Below, piece by piece: positions 1 to 12,700 of a DNA stretch of 64,000 nucleotides. The DNA is taken from the NCBI GenBank assembly GCA_964016885.1, contig OZ024742.1, positions 235,600,001 to 235,664,000 of the forward strand, written 5' to 3'. Each line of letters starts with the position of its first letter. Position 1 is the first letter of the stretch. The translations under genes were made by a program, and so were the position numbers. This DNA is from Eledone cirrhosa (lineage: Eukaryota). The notes beneath the pieces were generated by a model that had not been told where the DNA came from, did not search any database, and saw only the letters and a program-made list of their open reading frames with translations.

Positions 1-3000
1 AGTTGAAAGGTGACTGTATCAGAACTATTGTAGTTGAAAGGTGACTCTATCAGAACTATTGTAGTTGAAAGGTGACTGTATCAGAACTATTGTAGTTGAA
101 ATGTGACTGTATCAGAACTAATGTAGTTGAAAGGTGACTGTATCAGAACTAATGTAGTGGAAAGGTGACTGTATCAGAACTATTGTAGTTGAAAGGTGAC
201 TGTATCAGAACTATTGTAGTTGAAAAGTGACTGTATCAGAACTATTGTAGTTAAAAGGTGACTATATCAGAACTAATGTAGTTGAAATGTGACTGTATCC
301 GAAGTATAGTAGTGGAAAGGTGACTGTATCAGAACTATTGTGGTTGAAAGGTGACTGTATCAGAACTATTGTAGTTGAAAGGTGACTGTATCAGAACTAT
401 TGTAGTAGAAAAGTGACTGTATCAGATCTATTGTAGTTGAAAGGTGACTGTATCCGAAGTATAGTAGTTGAAAGGTGACTGTATCAGAAGTATTGTAGTT
501 GAAATGTGACTGTATCAGAACTAATGTAATTGAAATGTGACTGTATCAGAACCATTGTAGTTGAAAGGTGACTGTATCCGAAGTATAGTAGTTGAAAGGT
601 GACTGTATCAGAACTAATGTAGTTGAAATGTGACTGTATCAGAACTATTGTAGTTGAAAGGTGACTCTATCATAACTATTGTAGTTGAAAGGTGACTGTA
701 TCAGAAGTATTGTAGTTGAAATGTGACTGTATCCGAAGTATAGTAGTTGAAAGGTGACTGTATCAGAACTAATGTAATTGAAATGTGACTGTATCAGAAC
801 TATTGTAGTTGAAAGGTGACTGTATCCGAAGTATAGTAGTTGAAAGGTGACTGTATCAGAACTAATGCAGTAAAAATGTGACTGTATCAGAACTATTGTA
901 GTTGAAAGGTGACTGTATGATAACTATTGTAGTTGAAAGGTGACTGTATCAGAACTATCGTAGTTGAAAGGTGACTGTATCAGAACTATTGTAGTAGAAA
1001 GGTGACTGTATCAGAACTATTGTAGTTGAAAGGTGACTGTATCAGAACCATTGTAGTTGAAAGGTGACTGTATAAGAACTATTGTAGTTGAAAGGTGACT
1101 GTATCAGATCTATTGTAGTAGAAAGGTGACTGTATCAGAACTATTGTAGTTGAAAGTTGACTGTATCAGAACTAATGTAGTTGAAATGTGACTGTATCAG
1201 AACTATTGTAGTTGAAAGGTGACTGTATCAGAACTATTGTAGTTGAAAGGTGACTGTATCAGAACTACTGTAGTTGAAAGGTGACTGTATCAGAACTAAT
1301 GTAGTTGAAAGGTGACTGTATCAGAATTATTGTAGTTGAAAGGTGACTGTATCAGAAGTATTGTAGTTGAAATGTGACTGTATCAGAAGTATTGTAGTTG
1401 AAAGGTGACTGTATGAGAAGTATTGTAGTTGAAATGTGACTGTATCAGAACTAATATAGTTGAAAATTGACTGTATCAGAACTATTGTAGTTCATAGGTG
1501 ACTGTATCAGAACTATTGTAGTTGAAAGGTGACTTTATCAGAACTATTGTAGTTGAAAGGTGACTGTATCAGAACTATTGTAGTAGAAAGGTGACTGTAT
1601 CAGAACTAATGTAGTTGAAAGATGACTGTATAAGAACTATTGTAGTTGAAAGGTGACTGTATCAGAACTATTGTAGTTGAAAGGTGACTGTATAAGAACT
1701 ATTGTAGTTGAAAGGTGACTGTATCAGAACTATTGTAGTAGAAAGGTGACTGTATCCGAAGTATAGTAGTGGAAAGGTGACTGTATCAGAACTAATGTAG
1801 TAGAAAGGTGACAGTATCAGAACTATTGTAGTTGAAAGGTGACTGTATCAGAACTATTGTAGTTAAAATGTGACTGTATCAGAACTAATGTAGTTGAAAT
1901 GTGACCGTATCAGAACTATTGTAGTAGAAAGGTGACTGTATCCGATGTATAGTAGTTGAAAGGTGACTGTATCAGAACTGTTGTAGTTGAAAGGTGACTG
2001 TATCAGAACTATTGTATTTGAAAGGTGACTGTATCCGAAGTATAGTAGTTGAAAGGTGACTGTATCAGAACTAATGTAGTTGAAATGTGACTGTATCCGA
2101 AGTATAGTAGTTGAAAGGTGACTGTATCAGAACTAATGTAATTGAAATGTGACTGTATCAGAACTATTGTAGTTGAAAGGTGACTGTATCCGAAGTATAG
2201 TAGTTGAAAGGTGACTGTATCAGAACTAATGTAGTTGAAATGTGACTGTCTCAGAACTATTGTAGTTGAAAGCTGACTGTATCATAATTATTGTAGTTGA
2301 AAGGTGACTGTATCAGAACTATCGTAGTAGAAAGGTGACTGTATCAGAACCATTGTAGTTGAAAGGTGACTGTAGAAGAACTATTGTAGTTGAAAGGTGA
2401 CTGTATGAGAACTATTGTAGTAGAAAGGTGACTGTATCCGAAGTATAGTAGTGGAAAGGTGACTGTATCAGAACTATTGTAGTGGAAAGGTGACTGTATC
2501 AGAATTAATGTAGTGGAAAGGTGACTGTATCAGAACTATTGTAGTTGAAAGATGACTGTATCAGAACTATTGTAGTAGAAAGGTGACTGTATCAGAACTA
2601 ATGTAGTGGAAAGGTGACTGTATCAGAACTAATGTAATTGAAATGTGACTGTATCAGAACTATTGTAGTTGAAAGGTGACTGTATCCGAAGTATAGTAGT
2701 TGAAAAGTGACTGTATCAGAACTAATGTAGTTGAAATGTGACTGTATCAGAACTATTGTAGTTCAAAGGTGACTGTATCAGAACTATTGTAGTTGAAAGG
2801 TGACTGTATCAGAACTATTGTAGTTGAAAGGTGACTGCATCAGAACTATTGTAGTAGAAAGGTGACTGTATCAGAACTAATGTAGTTGAAAGATGACTGT
2901 ATAAGAACTATCGTAGTTGAAAGGTGACTGTATCAAAACTATTGTAGTTGAAAGGTGACTGTATCAGAACTATTGTAGTGGAAAGGTGACTGTATCTGAA

Positions 3001-6000
3001 CTAATGTAGTTGAAATGTGACCGTATCAGAACTATTGTAGTTGAAAGGTGACTGCATCAGAACTATTGTAGTTGAAAGGTGACTGTATCAGAACTAATGT
3101 AGTTGAAATGTGACTGTATCAGAACTATTGTAGTTGAAAGGTGACTGCATCAGAACTATTGTAGTTGAAAGGTGACTGTATCAGAACTATTGTAGTAGAA
3201 AGGTGACTGTATCAGAACTATTGTTGTTGAAAGGTGACTGTATCAGAACTATTGTAGTAGAAAGGTGACTGTATCAGAACTATTGTAGTTGAAAGGTGAC
3301 AGTATCAGACCTAATGTAGTTGAAAGGTGACTGTATCAGAACTATTGTGAGATGGAAGGTGAATGTATCAGAACTATTGTAGTTGAAAGGTGACTGTATC
3401 AGAACTATTGTAGTAGAAAGGTGACTGTAACAGAGCTAACGTAGTTGAAAGGTGACTGTATCAGAACTAATGTAGTTGAAAGGTGACTGTATCATAACTA
3501 TTGTAGTTAAAAGGTGACTGTATCAGAAGTATTGTAGTTGAAAGGTGACTGTATCAGAACTATTGTAGTTGAAAGGTGACTGTATCAGAACTATTGTAGT
3601 TGAAAGGTGACTGTATCAGAACTATTGTAGTTGAAAGGTGACTCTATCAGAACTATTGTAGTTGAAAGGTGACTGTATCAGAACTATTGTAGTTGAAATG
3701 TGACTGTATCAGAACTAATGTAGTTGAAAGGTGACTGTATCAGAACTAATGTAGTGGAAAGGTGACTGTATCAGAACTATTGTAGTTGAAAGGTGACTGT
3801 ATCAGAACTATTGTAGTTGAAAGGTGACTGTATCAGAACTATTGTAGTTAAAAGGTGACTGTATCAGAACTAATGTAGTTGAAATGTGACTGTATCCGAA
3901 GTATAGTAGTGGAAAGGTGACTGTATCAGAACTATTGTGGTTGAAAGGTGACTGTATCAGAACTATTGTAGTTGAAAGGTGACTGTATCAGAACTATTGT
4001 AGTAGAAAAGTGACTGTATCAGATCTATTGTAGTTGAAAGGTGACTGTATCCGAAGTATAGTAGTTGAAAGGTGACTGTATCAGAAGTATTGTAGTTGAA
4101 ATGTGACTGTATCAGAACTAATGTAATTGAAATGTGACTGTATCAGAACCATTGTAGTTGAAAGGTGACTGTATCCGAAGTATAGTAGTTGAAAGGTGAC
4201 TGTATCAGAACTAATGTAGTTGAAATGTGACTGTATCAGAACTATTGTAGTTGAAAGGTGACTCTATCATAACTATTGTAGTTGAAAGGTGACTGTATCA
4301 GAAGTATTGTAGTTGAAATGTGACTGTATCCGAAGTATAGTAGTTGAAAGGTGACTGTATCAGAACTAATGTAATTGAAATGTGACTGTATCAGAACTAT
4401 TGTAGTTGAAAGGTGACTGTATCCGAAGTATAGTAGTTGAAAGGTGACTGTATCAGAACTAATGTAGTAAAAATGTGACTGTATCAGAACTATTGTAGTT
4501 GAAAGGTGACTGTATGATAACTATTGTAGTTGAAAGGTGACTGTATCAGAACTATCGTAGTTGAAAGGTGACTGTATCAGAACTATTGTAGTAGAAAGGT
4601 GACTGTATCAGAACTATTGTAGTTGAAAGGTGACTGTATCAGAACCATTGTAGTTGAAAGGTGACTGTATAAGAACTATTGTAGTTGAAAGGTGACTGTA
4701 TCAGATCTATTGTAGTAGAAAGGTGACTGTATCAGAACTATTGTAGTTGAAAGTTGACTGTATCAGAACTAATGTAGTTGAAATGTGACTGTATCAGAAC
4801 TATTGTAGTTGAAAGGTGACTGTATCAGAACTATTGTAGTTGAAAGGTGACTGTATCAGAACTACTGTAGTTGAAAGGTGACTGTATCAGAACTAATGTA
4901 GTTGAAAGGTGACTGTATCAGAATTATTGTAGTTGAAAGGTGACTGTATCAGAAGTATTGTAGTTGAAATGTGACTGTATCAGAAGTATTGTAGTTGAAA
5001 GGTGACTGTATGAGAAGTATTGTAGTTGAAATGTGACTGTATCAGAAATAATGTAATTGAAATGTGACTGTATCAGAACTATTGTAGTTGAAAGGTGACT
5101 GTATCCGAAGTATAGTAGTTGAAAGGTGACTGTATCAGAACTAATATAGTTGAAATGTGACTGTATCAGAACTATTGTAGTTCAAAGGTGACTGTATCAG
5201 AACTATTGTAGTTGAAAGGTGACTGCATTAGAACTATTGTAGTTGAAAGGTGACTGTATCAGAACTATTGTAGTAGAAAGGTGACTGTATCAGAACTATT
5301 GTAGTAGAAAGGTGACTGTATCAGAACCATTGTAGCTGATAGGTGACTGTATCAGATCTATTGTAGTAGAAAGGTGACTGTATCCGAAGTATAGTAGTGG
5401 AAAGGTGACTGTATCAGAACTATTGTAGTTGAAAGGTGACTGTATAGAACTATTGTAGTTGAAAGGTGACTGTATCAGAACTATTGTAGTTGAAAGGTGA
5501 CTGTATCAGAACTATTGTAGTAGAAAGGTGACTGTATCAGAAATAATGTAGTTGAAAGGTGACTGTATCAGAACTATTGTAGTTGAAAGGTGACTGTATC
5601 AGAACTATTGTAGTAGAAAGGTGACTGTATCAGAACTATTGTAGTAGAAAGGTGACTGTATCAGAACCATTGTAGTTGAAAGGTGACTGTATCAGAACTA
5701 TTGTAGTGGAAAGGTGACTGTATCAGAACTATTGTAGTAGAAAGGTGACTGTATCAGAACTAATGTTGTTGAAAGGTGACTGTATCAGAACTATTGTAGT
5801 GGAAAGGTGACTTTATAAGAACTATTGTAGTTGAAAGGTGACTGTATCAGAACTAATGTAATTGAAATGTGACTGTATCAGAACTATTGTAGTTGAAAGG
5901 TGACTGTATCCGAAGTATAGTAGTTGAAAAGTGACTGTATCAGAACTAATGTAGTTGAAATGTGACTGTATCAGAACTATTGTAGTTCAAAGGTGACTGT

Positions 6001-8610
6001 ATCAGAACTATTGTAGTTGAAAGGTGACTGTATCAGAACTATTGTAGTTGAAAGGTGACTGCATCAGAACTATTGTAGTAGAAAGGTGACTGTATCAGAA
6101 CTAATGTAGTTGAAAGATGACTGTATAAGAACTATCGTAGTTGAAAGGTGACTGTATCAAAACTATTGTAGTTGAAAGGTGACTGTATCAGAACTATTGT
6201 AGTGGAAAGGTGACTGTATCTGAACTAATGTAGTTGAAATGTGACCGTATCAGAACTATTGTAGTTGAAAGGTGACTGCATCAGAACTATTGTAGTTGAA
6301 AGGTGACTGTATCAGAACTAATGTAGTTGAAATGTGACTGTATCAGAACTATTGTAGTTGAAAGGTGACTGCATCAGAACTATTGTAGTTGAAAGGTGAC
6401 TGTATCAGAACTATTGTAGTAGAAAGGTGACTGTATCAGAACTATTGTAGTTGAAAGGTGACTGTATCAGAACTATTGTAGTAGAAAGGTGACTGTATCA
6501 GAACTATTGTAGTTGAAAGGTGACTGTATCAGACCTAATGTAGTTGAAAGGTGACTGTATCAGAACTATTGTGAGATGGAAGGTGAATGTATCAGAACTA
6601 TTGTAGTTGAAAGGTGACTGTATCAGAACTATTGTAGTAGAAAGGTGACTGTAACAGAGCTAACGTAGTTGAAAGGTGACTGTATCATAACTATTGTAGT
6701 TAAAAGGTGACTGTATCAGAAGTATTGTAGTTGAAAGGTGACTGTATCAGAACTATTGTAGTTGAAAGGTGACTGTATCAGAACTATTGTAGTTGAAAGG
6801 TGACTGTATCAGAACTATTGTAGTTGAAAGGTGACTCTATCAGAACTATTGTAGTTGAAAGGTGACTGTATCAGAACTATTGTAGTTGAAATGTGACTGT
6901 ATCAGAACTAATGTAGTTGAAAGGTGACTGTATCAGAACAAATGTAGTGGAAAGGTGACTGTATCAGAACTATTGTAGTTGAAAGGTGACTGTATCAGAA
7001 CTATTGTAGTTGAAAGGTGACTGTATCAGAACTATTGTAGTTAAAAGGTGACTGTATCAGAACTAATGTAGTTGAAATGTGACTGTATCCGAAGTATAGT
7101 AGTGGAAAGGTGACTGTATCAGAACTATTGTGGTTGAAAGGTGACTGTATCAGAACTATTGTAGTTGAAAGGTGACTGTATCAGAACTATTGTAGTAGAA
7201 AAGTGACTGTATCAGATCTATTGTAGTTGAAAGGTGACTGTATCCGAAGTATAGTAGTTGAAAGGTGACTGTATCAGAAGTATTGTAGTTGAAATGTGAC
7301 TGTATCAGAACTAATGTAATTGAAATGTGACTGTATCAGAACCATTGTAGTTGAAAGGTGACTGTATCCGAAGTATAGTAGTTGAAAGGTGACTGTATCA
7401 GAACTAATGTAGTTGAAATGTGACTGTATCAGAACTATTGTAGTTGAAAGGTGACTGTATCATAACTATTGTAGTTGAAAGGTGACTGTATCAGAAGTAT
7501 TGTAGTTGAAATGTGACTGTATCCGAAGTATAGTAGTTGAAAGGTGACTGTATCAGAACTAATGTAATTGAAATGTGACTGTATCAGAACTATTGTAGTT
7601 GAAAGGTGACTGTATCCGAAGTATAGTAGTTGAAAGGTGACTGTATCAGAACTAATGTAGTAAAAATGTGACTGTATCAGAACTATTGTAGTTGAAAGGT
7701 GACTGTATGATAACTATTGTAGTTGAAAGGTGACTGTATCAGAACTATCGTAGTTGAAAGGTGACTGTATCAGAACTATTGTAGTAGAAAGGTGACTGTA
7801 TCAGAACTATTGTAGTTGAAAGGTGACTGTATCAGAACCATTGTAGTTGAAAGGTGACTGTATAAGAACTATTGTAGTTGAAAGGTGACTGTATCAGATC
7901 TATTGTAGTAGAAAGGTGACTGTATCAGAACTATTGTAGTTGAAAGTTGACTGTGTCAGAACTAATGTAGTTGAAATGTGACTGTATCAGAACTATTGTA
8001 GTTGAAAGGTGACTGTATCAGAACTATTGTAGTTGAAAGGTGACTGTATCAGAACTACTGTAGTTGAAAGGTGACTGTATCAGAACTAATGTAGTTGAAA
8101 GGTGACTGTATCAGAATTATTGTAGTTGAAAGGTGACTGTATCAGAAGTATTGTAGTTGAAATGTGACTGTATCAGAAGTATTGTAGTTGAAAGGTGACT
8201 GTATGAGAAGTATTGTAGTTGAAATGTGACTGTATCAGAAATAATGTAATTGAAATGTGACTGTATCAGAACTATTGTAGTTGAAAGGTGACTGTATCCG
8301 AAGTATAGTAGTTGAAAGGTGACTGTATCAGAACTAATATAGTTGAAATGTGACTGTATCAGAACTATTGTAGTTCAAAGGTGACTGTATCAGAACTATT
8401 GTAGTTGAAAGGTGACTGCATCAGAACTATTGTAGTTGAAAGGTGACTGTATCAGAACTATTGTAGTAGAAAGGTGACTGTATCAGAACTATTGTAGTAG
8501 AAAGGTGACTGTATCAGAACCATTGTAGCTGATAGGTGACTGTATCAGATCTATTGTAGTAGAAAGGTGACTGTATCCGAAGTATAGTAGTGGAAAGGTG
8601 ACTGTGACAG
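1..8610 (+). repeat. Higher-order repeat of 3.2-3.6 kb (116 then 103 monomers), about 2.6 copies
   Basis: GTGACTCTAT at 41/3638/6831 and TGGTTGAAAG at 341/3938/7131 give offsets of 3597 and 3193 bp; CATTGTAGCTGATAGG at 5328/8521 also gives 3193. Confidence 0.9.
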
Positions 8611-9700
8611 AACTATTGTAGTTGAAAAGTGACTGTATCAGAACTATTGTAGTTGAAAGGTGACTGTATCAGAACTATTGTAGTTGAAAGGTGACTGTAT
8701 CAGAACTATTGTAGTTGAAAGGTGACTGTATCAGAACTATTGTAGTAGAAAGGTGACTGTATCAGAACTAATGTAGTTGAAAGGTGACTGTATCAGAACT
8801 ATTGTAGTTGAAAGGTGACTGTATCAGAACTATTGTAGTAGAAAGGTGACTGTATCAGAACCATTGTAGTTGAAAGGTGACTGTATCAGAACTATTGTAG
8901 TGGAAAGGTGACTGTATCAGAACTATTGTAGTTGAAAGGTGACTGTATCAGAACTAATGTAGTTGAAAGGTGACTGTATCAGAACTATTGTGAGATGGAA
9001 GGTGACTGTATCAGAACTATTGTAGTGGAAAGGTGACTTTATATGAACTATTGTAGTTGAAAAGTGACTGTATCAGAGCTAACGTAGTTGAAAGGTGACT
9101 GTATCAGAACTATTGTAGTTGAAAGGTGACTGTATCAGAACTATTGTAGTTGAAAGGTGACTGTATCAGAACTATTGTAGTTGAAAGGTGACTGTATCAG
9201 AACTATTGTAGTAGAAAGGTGACTGTATCAGAACTAATGTAGTTGAAAGGTGCCTGTATAAGAATGAATGTAGTTGAAAGGTGACTGTATCAGAACTATT
9301 GTAGTAGAAACGTGACTGTATCAGAACTATTGTAGTGGAAAGGTGACTGTATCAGAACTAATGTAGTTGAAAGGTGACTGTATCAGAACTATTGTAGTTG
9401 AAAGGTGACTGTATCAGAACTATTGTAGTAGAAAGGTGACTGTATCAGAACCATTGTAGTTGAAAGGTGACTGTATCAGAACTATTGTAGTGGAAAGGTG
9501 ACTGTCTCAGAACTATTGTAGTCGAAAGGTGACTGTATCAGAACTATTGTAGTTGAAAGGTGACTGTATCAGAACTATTGTAGTGGAAAGGTGACTGTAT
9601 CAGAACTATTGTAGTAGAAAGGTGACTGTATCAGAACTATTGTAGTTGAAAGGTGACTGTATCAGAACTATTGTAGTTGAAACGTGACTGTTTCAGAACT
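1..9700 (+). repeat. Near-pure type A (31-bp) domain
   Basis: Monomers read AGT(T/A/G)GAAA(G/T)G; only isolated type B monomers seen, at about 3349, 6573 and 8992. Confidence 0.93.
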
Positions 9701-12700
9701 ATTTTGCGATGGAAGGTGACTGTATCAGAACTATTGTTGATGGAAGGTGACTGTAACAGAACTATTGTGAGACGGAAGGTGACTGTATCAGAACCAATGT
9801 GAGATGTAAGGTGACTGTATCAGAACTATTGTTAGATGAAAGGTGACTGTATCAGAACTATTGTCAGATGGAAGGTGACTGTATCAGAACTAATGTGAGA
9901 TGGAAGGTGACTGTAACAGAACTATTGTGAGATGGAAGGTGACTGTATCAGTACTATTGTGAAATGGAAGGTGACTGTATCAGAACAATTGCGAAATGGA
10001 CGTTGACTGTATCAGAACCAATGTGAGATGGAAGGTGACTGTATCAGAACTATTATGAGGTGGAAGGTGACTGTAACAGAACTATTGTGACATGGAAGTT
10101 GACTGTATCAGAACTAATGTGAGATGGAAGGTGACTGTATCAGAACTATTATGAGGTGAAAGGTGACTGTAACAGAACTATTGTGAGATGGAAGTTGACT
10201 GTATCAGAACTATTGTTGATGGAAGGTGACTGTATCAGAACTATTGTGAGATGGAAGGTGACTGTAACAGAACTAATGTGAGACGGAAGGTGACTGTATC
10301 AGAACTATTGTGGGATGGAAGTTGACTGTAACAGAACTATTGTGAGATGGAAGGTTACTGTAACAGAACTATTGTGAGATGGAAGGTGACTGTATCAGAA
10401 CTATTGTGAGATTGAAGGTGACTGTATCAGAACTATTGTAGTTGAAAGGTGACTGTATCAGAACTATTGTAGTAGAAAGGTGACTGTATCAGAACTATTG
10501 TAGTTGAAAGGTGACTGTATCAGAACTATTGTAGTGGAAATGTGACTGTATCAGAACTAATGTAGTTGAAAGATGACTGTATCAGAACTATTGTAGTTGA
10601 AGGGTGACTGCATCCGAAATGATGTAGTTGAAAGTCGACTGTATCCGAAGTATTGTAGTTGAAAGGTGACTGTATCAGAACTATTGTGAGATGGAAGGTG
10701 ACTGTATCAGAACTATTGTAGTTGAAAGGTGTCTGTATCAGAACTATTGTAGTAGAAAGGTGACTGTATCAGAACTATTGTAGTAGAAAGGTGACTGTAT
10801 CAGAACTATTGTAGTAGAAAGGTGACTGTATCAGAACTATTGTAGTAGACAGGTGACTGTATCAGAACTATTGTAGTTGAAAGGTGACTGTATCAGAACT
10901 ATTGTAGTAGAAAGATGACTGTATCAGAACTATTGTAGTTGAAAGGTGACTGTATCAGAACTATTGTAGTGGAAAGGTGACTGTATCAGAACTATTGTAA
11001 TTGAAAGGTGACTGTATCAGAACTATTGTAGTAGAAAGGTGACTGTATCAGAACTATTGTAGTTGAAAGGTGACTGTATCAGAACTATTGTACTGGAAAG
11101 GTGACTGTATCAGAACTATTGTAGTAGAAAGGTGACTGTATCAGAACTATTGTAGTTGAAAGGTGACTGTATCAGAACTATTGTAGTAGAAAGGTGACTG
11201 TATCAGAACTAATGTAGTAGAAAGGTGACTGTATCAGAACTAATGTAGTTGATAGGTGACTGTATCAGAACTAATGTAGTTGAAAGGTGACTGTATCAGA
11301 ACTAATGTAGTTGATAGGTGACTGTATCAGAACTACTGTAGTTGAAAGGTGACTGTATCAGAACTATTGTAGTTGAAAGGTGACTGTATCAGAACTATTG
11401 TAGTTGAAAGGTGACTGTATCAGAGCTATTGTAGTTGAAAGGTGACTGTATCAGAACTATTGTAGTTGAAAGGTGACTGTATCAGAACTATTTTGCGATG
11501 GAAGGTGACTGTATCAGTACTATTGTGAAATGGAAGGTGAATGTATGAGAACTATTGTGAGATGGAAGGTGACTGTATCAGAACTATTGTTGATGGAAGG
11601 TTACTGTATCAGAACTATTGTGAGATGGAAGGTGACTGTAACAGAACTATTGTGAGATGGAAGGTGACTGTATCAGAACCAATGTGAGATGGAAGGTGAC
11701 TGTATCAGAACTATTGTTAGATGAAAGGTGACAGTATCAGAACTATTGTCAGATGGAAGGTGACTGTATCAGAACTAATGTGAGATGGAAGGTGACTGTA
11801 TCAGTACTATTGTGAAATGGAAGGTGACTGTATGAGATCTATGGTGAGATGGAAGGTGACTCTATCAGAACAATTGCGAAATGGACGTTGACTGTATCAG
11901 AACCAATGTGAGATGGAAGGTGACTGTATCAGAACTATTATGAGGTGGAAGGTGACTGTAACAGAACTATTGTGACATGGAAGTTGACTGTATCAGAACT
12001 AATGTGAGATGGAAGGTGACTGTATCAGAACTATTATGAGGTGAAAGGTGACTGTAACAGAACTATTGTGAGATGGAAGTTGACTGTATCAGAACTATTG
12101 TTGATGGAAGGTGACTGTATCAGAACTATTGTGAGACGGAAGGTGACTGTATCAGAACTATTGTGGGATGGAAGTTGACTGTAACAGAACTATTGTTGAT
12201 GGAAGGTGACTGTATCAGAACTATTGTGAGATGGAAGGTGACTGTATCAGAACTATTGTGAGATGGAAGGTTACTGTAACAGAACTATTGTGAGATGGAA
12301 GGTGACTGTATCAGAACTATTGTGAGATTGAAGGTGACTGTATCAGAACTATTGTAGTTGAAATGTGACTGTATCAGAACTATTGTAGTAGAAATGTGAC
12401 TGTATCAGAACTATTGTAGTTGAAAGGTGACTGTATCAGAACTATTGTAGTGGAAAGGTGACTGTATCAGAACTATTGTAGTTGAAAGGTGTCTGTATCT
12501 GAACTATTGTAGTTGAAAGGTGACTGTATCAGAACTATTGTAGTAGAAAGGTGACTGTATCAGAGCTATTGTAGTGGAAAGGTGACTGTATCAGAACTAT
12601 TGTAGTGGAAAGGTGACTGTATCAGAACTATTGTAATTGAAAGGTGACTGTATAAGAACTATTGTAGTAGAAAGGTGACTGTATCAGAACTATTGTAGTT

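Noticed and set aside
9750-9760. LexA/SOS-like box (CTGT...ACAG) or plasmid iterons
   Set aside because: Spacing is CTGT-A-ACAG, not CTGT-N8-ACAG; there is no prokaryotic gene context, and thousands of copies do not fit iteron arrays.
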